From an uncultured Gammaproteobacteria bacterium (lineage in GTDB: Bacteria; Pseudomonadota; Gammaproteobacteria; JACCXJ01): a stretch of DNA of 64,000 nucleotides. The notes under the pieces were generated by a model that did no database searches, was not told the origin of the DNA, and saw only the letters and a program-made list of their open reading frames with translations. The DNA is taken from contig CAVXTM010000016.1 in assembly GCA_963764725.1 (NCBI GenBank), positions 320,001 to 384,000 on the forward strand. Direction: 5' to 3'. This document shows, piece by piece, positions 59,077 to 64,000 of this stretch; within the stretch, counting starts at the first letter, position 1, and the number at the start of each line of letters is the position of its first letter. A program made the position numbers and the translations under genes.

Positions 59077-61187
59077 AGTCGGCGATTCCGCCGGAAGGCG
59101 GCGACGTAGTGCGCGGCGGCATGCCTTTCGAGCGCCCGCTCGACATGCCAGTGCAGAATCTGCGTCGCGCGCCAGCGTCGCTGCAGATGGAAGCCACGCC
59201 GGCGCGCGCGATTCTTGCGCGCGCATTGACTATCCTCGGTGCACTTGCCATCACCGGCTACGGCGTCTACGAGATGCTCGGCATTGTGAGCGTCGCGAAC
59301 ATGACGTTTCTGCAAGGCGTTATGATCCTGTTCTTCGCAGTCACGCTCGCGTGGATCGCTTTCGCAGCCGCATCGACGATCACTGGCTTTCTCGTGCCTC
59401 CGCCGCGCGGCAAGCCGGACACGCCGATCGCGGGCAGTCGCACGGCGCTCGTCATGCCGATCTACAACGAAGATCCCGCGCGCACGACAGCAGGCTTGCA
59501 GGCGATGGCGGAAGCACTTGCGCAGAACGACGCCGCCCAACATTTCGAAATCGTCATCATTTCCGATTCGACGAACGTCGACGCCTGGATCAACGAATCA
59601 CTCGCGGCCGATGAACTGCGTCGCACACTGCGCGAAACCGTTCCGGTCTGGTATAGGCGGCGCTGGCACAACGCCGCGCGCAAGGCTGGCAACGTCGAAG
59701 AATTCCTGAAGCGCTGGGGCGGGCGTTACGACTACATGATCATGCTCGACGCCGACAGCCTGATGTCTGCTTCGACGCTGGTCGAGCTCGTGCGCCGCAT
59801 GCAGGCGGATCCGCGTCTGGGCATTCTGCAAACCGTACCGATGCTGATCGGCCATACGAGCGTGTTCGCACGCATTCAACAATTTTCAGGCCGCGTCTAT
59901 GGCGCACTTATCGCGCGCGGCGTCGCCGCGTGGTCGGGTAATGAAGGAAACTACTGGGGCCACAACGCGATCATTCGCGTTGCCGCGTTCGCGCAGGCCT
60001 GCGGTTTGCCGCAGCTGCCGGGGCGCCGACCATTCGGCGGCCATGTATTGTCACACGACTTTGTCGAAGCGGCGTTGATTCGGCGCGCCGGCTGGAAAGT
60101 GCGCATGGCGCCGGAGTTGGACGGTTCGTGGGAAGAAAGTCCGCCATCGCTGGTCGATGTCGCAATCCGCGATCGTCGCTGGGCGCAGGGCAATCTGCAG
60201 CATTCAAAGATCATCGGCGCGGACGGCCTTGCGTTTACGAATCGCGCGCACTTCTTCATCGGCATCATGAGTTATCTCTCATCGCCCTTATGGCTGATGC
60301 TGCTAATCGTAGGCTTTGCGCTGACGCTGCAGGCGAGGCTGATTCGTCCCGAGTATTTCAGTCATACGTTCCAGCTCTTTCCCGACTGGCCGCAATTCGA
60401 CGCCGAGCGCATGATCGAACTCTTCATCTTCACGATGATCGTGCTGTTGACGCCGAAGGTGCTTGGGCTAGTCCGGACGCTGTTCACACCGAAGGTCCGC
60501 AAGGGCTGCGGCGGCTTCCTCGGCGTGACCGCAAGCACGGCGCTCGAGACGATCATTTCTGCGCTGTATGCACCGATCATGATGCTCCTGCAAACGCATC
60601 ACGTACTCGAAATTCTCACGGGGCGCGACTCCGACTGGAATTCGCAGCGCCGGCACGCCTCGATGACCGCCTGGGCCGAAGCGTGGAGCGTGCATTGGCC
60701 GCACCTCATCATGGGTGTACTGATCGGGGTGACGGCGTATCTGATTTCGCCGATATTGCTCGCCTGGCTCTCGCCGACGCTGGTAGGCCTGGTGCTCGCA
60801 GTACCACTGTCGAAACTAAGCGGCAGCGTCGCGGTCGGAAAGTTGTTCGCCTGGTTCGGCCTTTTGCGCACGCCGGAAGAAAAGCACACACCACCAGTGG
60901 TGCGCCGGCGCGATGAATTATTGGGCCACGCAGCGGCGCCGCAGAAAGACGGCCTGCGCTACCTCGCGCGCAATCGCCAGGCGCGCTACGCCCACATTTC
61001 CGGCAATCTGCCGCGCCCCGCTGAATCGCGCGGTCACCCTGATCCGCACCGCCTCACAGCAGAATGCAAAGTGCTGGATGCAAAAACGCTCAATGAAGTT
61101 CTTGCATGGTTGGGCCCCGCCGAACGGGTGCACGTCGCCGGGGATCCGCGATTGCTGGAGCGGATTGCGGAATTGCCGGATAGCTAG
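59061..61187 (+). CDS. opgH: Glucans biosynthesis glucosyltransferase H (GT2)
   Basis: MPIYNED, RKAGN, LDADS, YWGHNA, SHDFVEA, RDRRWAQGN; start overlaps the upstream opg gene. Confidence 0.95.
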   Translation: MDSQLKSAIPPEGGDVVRGGMPFERPLDMPVQNLRRAPASLQMEATPARAILARALTILGALAITGYGVYEMLGIVSVANMTFLQGVMILFFAVTLAWIAFAAASTITGFLVPPPRGKPDTPIAGSRTALVMPIYNEDPARTTAGLQAMAEALAQNDAAQHFEIVIISDSTNVDAWINESLAADELRRTLRETVPVWYRRRWHNAARKAGNVEEFLKRWGGRYDYMIMLDADSLMSASTLVELVRRMQADPRLGILQTVPMLIGHTSVFARIQQFSGRVYGALIARGVAAWSGNEGNYWGHNAIIRVAAFAQACGLPQLPGRRPFGGHVLSHDFVEAALIRRAGWKVRMAPELDGSWEESPPSLVDVAIRDRRWAQGNLQHSKIIGADGLAFTNRAHFFIGIMSYLSSPLWLMLLIVGFALTLQARLIRPEYFSHTFQLFPDWPQFDAERMIELFIFTMIVLLTPKVLGLVRTLFTPKVRKGCGGFLGVTASTALETIISALYAPIMMLLQTHHVLEILTGRDSDWNSQRRHASMTAWAEAWSVHWPHLIMGVLIGVTAYLISPILLAWLSPTLVGLVLAVPLSKLSGSVAVGKLFAWFGLLRTPEEKHTPPVVRRRDELLGHAAAPQKDGLRYLARNRQARYAHISGNLPRPAESRGHPDPHRLTAECKVLDAKTLNEVLAWLGPAERVHVAGDPRLLERIAELPDS

Positions 61188-61228
61188 TTTGACGGAACGG
61201 ACTACTAGGCCCTCACGATGTTATTTTT

Positions 61229-61996
61229 GTGAAAGAAAACCCTCTCATCGCGCTCATTGAATTTCTGCGCGATGCAAGCAACATCTTCGTGTTCACCGGG
61301 GCCGGTATTTCAACCGCCAGCGGCATCCCCGACTATCGGGGACCCCAAGGGGTGTGGACTCGACGAACCCCTGTCTACTACCAGGAGTTCATGGGCTCGG
61401 TGACGGCGCGCATCGAGTATTGGGACTACAAGTTGGAGGGCTGGGAGGCGTTTCGCGATGCCCGACCGAACCGCGTGCATCAGGCCATCGTCAAACTCGA
61501 GCGGGCAACCAAACTGTGTAAGCTCGTGACCCAAAACGTGGATGGCTTGCATGCTCGTGCCGGCACGCCTCCGGAGCGGCTCATAGAACTGCACGGTACC
61601 AACCGCGCGGTGGAATGCCAGCGCTGCCATGAGCGCAGCGATCCAGAGCCGCATTTCGATTATTTCAGACAGACGCGCAAGCCACCGATCTGCCGCTGCG
61701 GGGGATATCTCAAACCGGCCACCGTCAGCTTTGGACAAAGCCTTCGCGAGCAGGATCTGGAGGATGCGATCACGGCAACGAAAAAAGCCGATCTCGTCAT
61801 CGCGCTCGGCTCCACGCTGTCCGTGTATCCGGCCGCCTCGCTTCCTTTGCTCGCTGCACAGCGCGGGCTCCCCTATGTGATCATAAATCGCGGGGCGACC
61901 GAGCATGACGGGCATCCGTCGGTGAGCCTGCGAATGGAAGGCGATGTCCTCGACACTTTCCCGCCAGCCGTCGAACGAGCCCTTAAGGCCGGTTGA
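61229..61996 (+). CDS. cobB: Sir2 family NAD-dependent deacylase
   Basis: GAGISTASGIPDYRG, TQNVDGLH, ELHG, two Cys pairs, GSTL.VYPAA. Confidence 0.88.
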   Translation: MKENPLIALIEFLRDASNIFVFTGAGISTASGIPDYRGPQGVWTRRTPVYYQEFMGSVTARIEYWDYKLEGWEAFRDARPNRVHQAIVKLERATKLCKLVTQNVDGLHARAGTPPERLIELHGTNRAVECQRCHERSDPEPHFDYFRQTRKPPICRCGGYLKPATVSFGQSLREQDLEDAITATKKADLVIALGSTLSVYPAASLPLLAAQRGLPYVIINRGATEHDGHPSVSLRMEGDVLDTFPPAVERALKAG

Positions 61997-62061
61997 TGCG
62001 GGCCGTCACCCCGATGCCGTGACGCAGAGCAGTTAACCGTCAGGGCAAAGATACAGATTTT

Positions 62062-63444
62062 TTATCTCACCTCGGACAAGGTGACAGAGCTGACAGAGCC
62101 TAGTTTTTTACTCAGAATGCTAGCCCCTACAATGATAGGTGAGAGGACTGGGCTGAACGGGGGTGCGTAAGCAAGGTCGGCGTTTTCTAGGTCATAGCAT
62201 GTGAGGTTTCCAAGTAATGCCGTTGCGGCGATGTCTATTATTTTGTCCACGGAGCCCTGTCCGACGGCCTGGGCACCCAATAAGCGCCCGCTAGGGGATT
62301 CGGCCACGAGCTTCAGTGTAAGCTCGCGGGCGTTCGGATAGTAACGCGCCTTATCTCTCGCCGTAATGGTCGCGGCGATCGGTTCAAACCCAGCCTCCCG
62401 AGCCGCAGCCTCGCTGAGCCCCGTTAAAGCCGCATTGAGCTCAAAGGTTTTAACAATAGCCGTCCCCAAGATCCCTGGAAACCGCGCATTCCCGCCGGCT
62501 GCATTCTCCCCAGCGACGCGCCCCTGGAGATTTGCGATATCGCCGAGCGGTCCCCATGTCGGCGATCCCGTCAAGCGATTAAAGCTCTCAACACAATCGC
62601 CGGCAGCAAATACTCCCGGTATGTTGGTCTCCATCCGCGTGTCTACGACAATCGCACCGGTCGACCCGAGACGGATATGACCCTTCGCTGCCAATTCAAC
62701 GTTTGGGCGGATGCCGATGCCAAGGGCCACCAGATCGGTCGGCACCTGCCGACCCGATTCCGTGATGACGGCAGCGACCCGCCCGGTTTCCCCCACGATC
62801 TCGGCTATGCCCTCGCCAAGTACGATACTCACCCCTCTCGAAATTAGATAATCGCGGATCCGCTGACTTAGCTCCGGATCGAGCCTTGGAAAAATCCGAT
62901 CCAACTTGTCAATCAAAGTCAGCGTCATACCCAATGCATATAGGCTCTCTGCGACCTCTAGACCGATATATCCACCTCCAACGATGACTGCTCTTTTTGG
63001 TTTCAATCGTTCGAGTGTGGACGCGAATCGATCCAGATCCTCCATCGTACGCAGAGCGACTACACCGTCCAAATCGATCCCATTAATAGCGGGTACCACA
63101 GGGCGCGCCCCGGTCGCAAGGATCAGGCGATCGTAACTCACAGGCTCGCGAGTGCCGTGATCAAGGTCTTCGACCTCGAGCACCCGATCCCGAGTGTTCA
63201 AGTCCGTGACACGGTGCCGTACCCGTACCGTGATCCCTTCCGCCGCAAATTCAGCGGGGTTACGTATGATGAGCGCATTGCGGGTAGCCACTAGGCCACT
63301 GAGATAGTACGGTTGCCCGCAGGCCGTATAAGAGATCTCGGCCTCCTCTTGATAAAGAGTGATCCCGATCGCTTGATTGAAACGGCGCGCCCTTGCAGCC
63401 GCCTTGGCTCCCGCGGCAACGCCGCCCACGATTACAAGATGCAT
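62062..63444 (-). CDS. FAD-dependent oxidoreductase, CoA-disulfide reductase/NADH oxidase family
   Basis: GGVAAG, SYTACG redox Cys, GGGYIGLE, AAGDC, DLAYAPPFS. Confidence 0.9.
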   Translation of the reverse strand: MHLVIVGGVAAGAKAAARARRFNQAIGITLYQEEAEISYTACGQPYYLSGLVATRNALIIRNPAEFAAEGITVRVRHRVTDLNTRDRVLEVEDLDHGTREPVSYDRLILATGARPVVPAINGIDLDGVVALRTMEDLDRFASTLERLKPKRAVIVGGGYIGLEVAESLYALGMTLTLIDKLDRIFPRLDPELSQRIRDYLISRGVSIVLGEGIAEIVGETGRVAAVITESGRQVPTDLVALGIGIRPNVELAAKGHIRLGSTGAIVVDTRMETNIPGVFAAGDCVESFNRLTGSPTWGPLGDIANLQGRVAGENAAGGNARFPGILGTAIVKTFELNAALTGLSEAAAREAGFEPIAATITARDKARYYPNARELTLKLVAESPSGRLLGAQAVGQGSVDKIIDIAATALLGNLTCYDLENADLAYAPPFSPVLSPIIVGASILSKKLGSVSSVTLSEVR

Positions 63445-63459
63445 GATGCTGCCTCCCGA

Positions 63460-64000
63460 TTAGCCGATCGAGCGCCCCATCGCCACGCGCATTCTGGCGT
63501 CGACGACGTGAAAGCCATGCTCATTGAAAATGACGGGATTGAGGTCTAGCTCCCTCAACCAAGGAACGGACGAGACCCAGACAGACAGCCTCGCGAGTAA
63601 CCCCGCAAGCGTCTGGCGATCGACCGGCGCGGATAACCCCAAACCATCAAGAAACAACGGGCAACGAATATTCATGATCATGCTCAATGCTTCGTCCTCC
63701 CCGAAGGGTGCCAGGCGCATGGTCACGTCGCGAAGCGCGTCGGCCCAGACACCCCCGGGTCCAAAGAGGACCACGGGACCGTAATCCAGGTCTTGGATCG
63801 CCCCCAGCAGCCACTCGCTACCCGCGCTTACCTGCGTTTGGATCAGGTAGGGGCCTGATGTCAAGCCGCGTTCCAGCCGAAGGAGCGTTTCGCCGAGTGC
63901 GTCGTGGTCGGATATGTTTAAGACAACCGCGCCGGCCGTGGACTTGTGCACCAGCCCAGGTCGGATTGCCTTGACAACCACGGGGAACCCAAGCGCAGTG
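63460..64000 (-). CDS. ATP-grasp domain of an NDP-forming acyl-CoA synthetase (5' end outside window)
   Basis: GFPVVVK...HKS..GAV, GPVVLFGPGG, ELDLNPV, VVDAR. Confidence 0.85.
   Translation of the reverse strand, partial: TALGFPVVVKAIRPGLVHKSTAGAVVLNISDHDALGETLLRLERGLTSGPYLIQTQVSAGSEWLLGAIQDLDYGPVVLFGPGGVWADALRDVTMRLAPFGEDEALSMIMNIRCPLFLDGLGLSAPVDRQTLAGLLARLSVWVSSVPWLRELDLNPVIFNEHGFHVVDARMRVAMGRSIG

Noticed and set aside
61229-61996. Sir2 gene as an anti-phage defence component
   Set aside because: It is a short canonical zinc-binding CobB-type sirtuin with no partner defence genes nearby
1-64000. CRISPR array, rRNA, complete tRNA genes, intact integrase or prophage
   Set aside because: No regularly spaced repeats, no full cloverleaf and no integrase or phage motifs were seen by eye; only tRNA 3' fragments are present

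Overview
GC-rich (roughly 60% by eye) chromosomal window, most likely from a gammaproteobacterium. The left third carries core genes (glnE-ilvE-zf-CHCC, queG, djlA, AI-2E permease, ettA, aceE/aceF, M17 aminopeptidase) interleaved with apparently foreign single genes and gene stubs. From about 24 kb to 57 kb it is an accessory mosaic. That region holds three orphan tRNA 3'-end fragments, a degenerate attC-like hairpin, transposase, recombinase and thioredoxin remnants, and an MdtABC-type RND system with a frameshifted mdtC and a swapped outer-membrane factor. It also holds two cell-envelope glucan loci. One is a conventional opgG/D-opgH pair. The other is the most unusual element: a tightly coupled mprF - acvB - [~750-aa polytopic membrane domain fused to a Cgs-like GH94 phosphorylase] - opgG operon, in which the membrane-GH94 fusion stands where opgH normally would. 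No CRISPR array, complete tRNA/rRNA gene or intact integrase was seen. All calls come from motif recognition by eye; no database searches were run.
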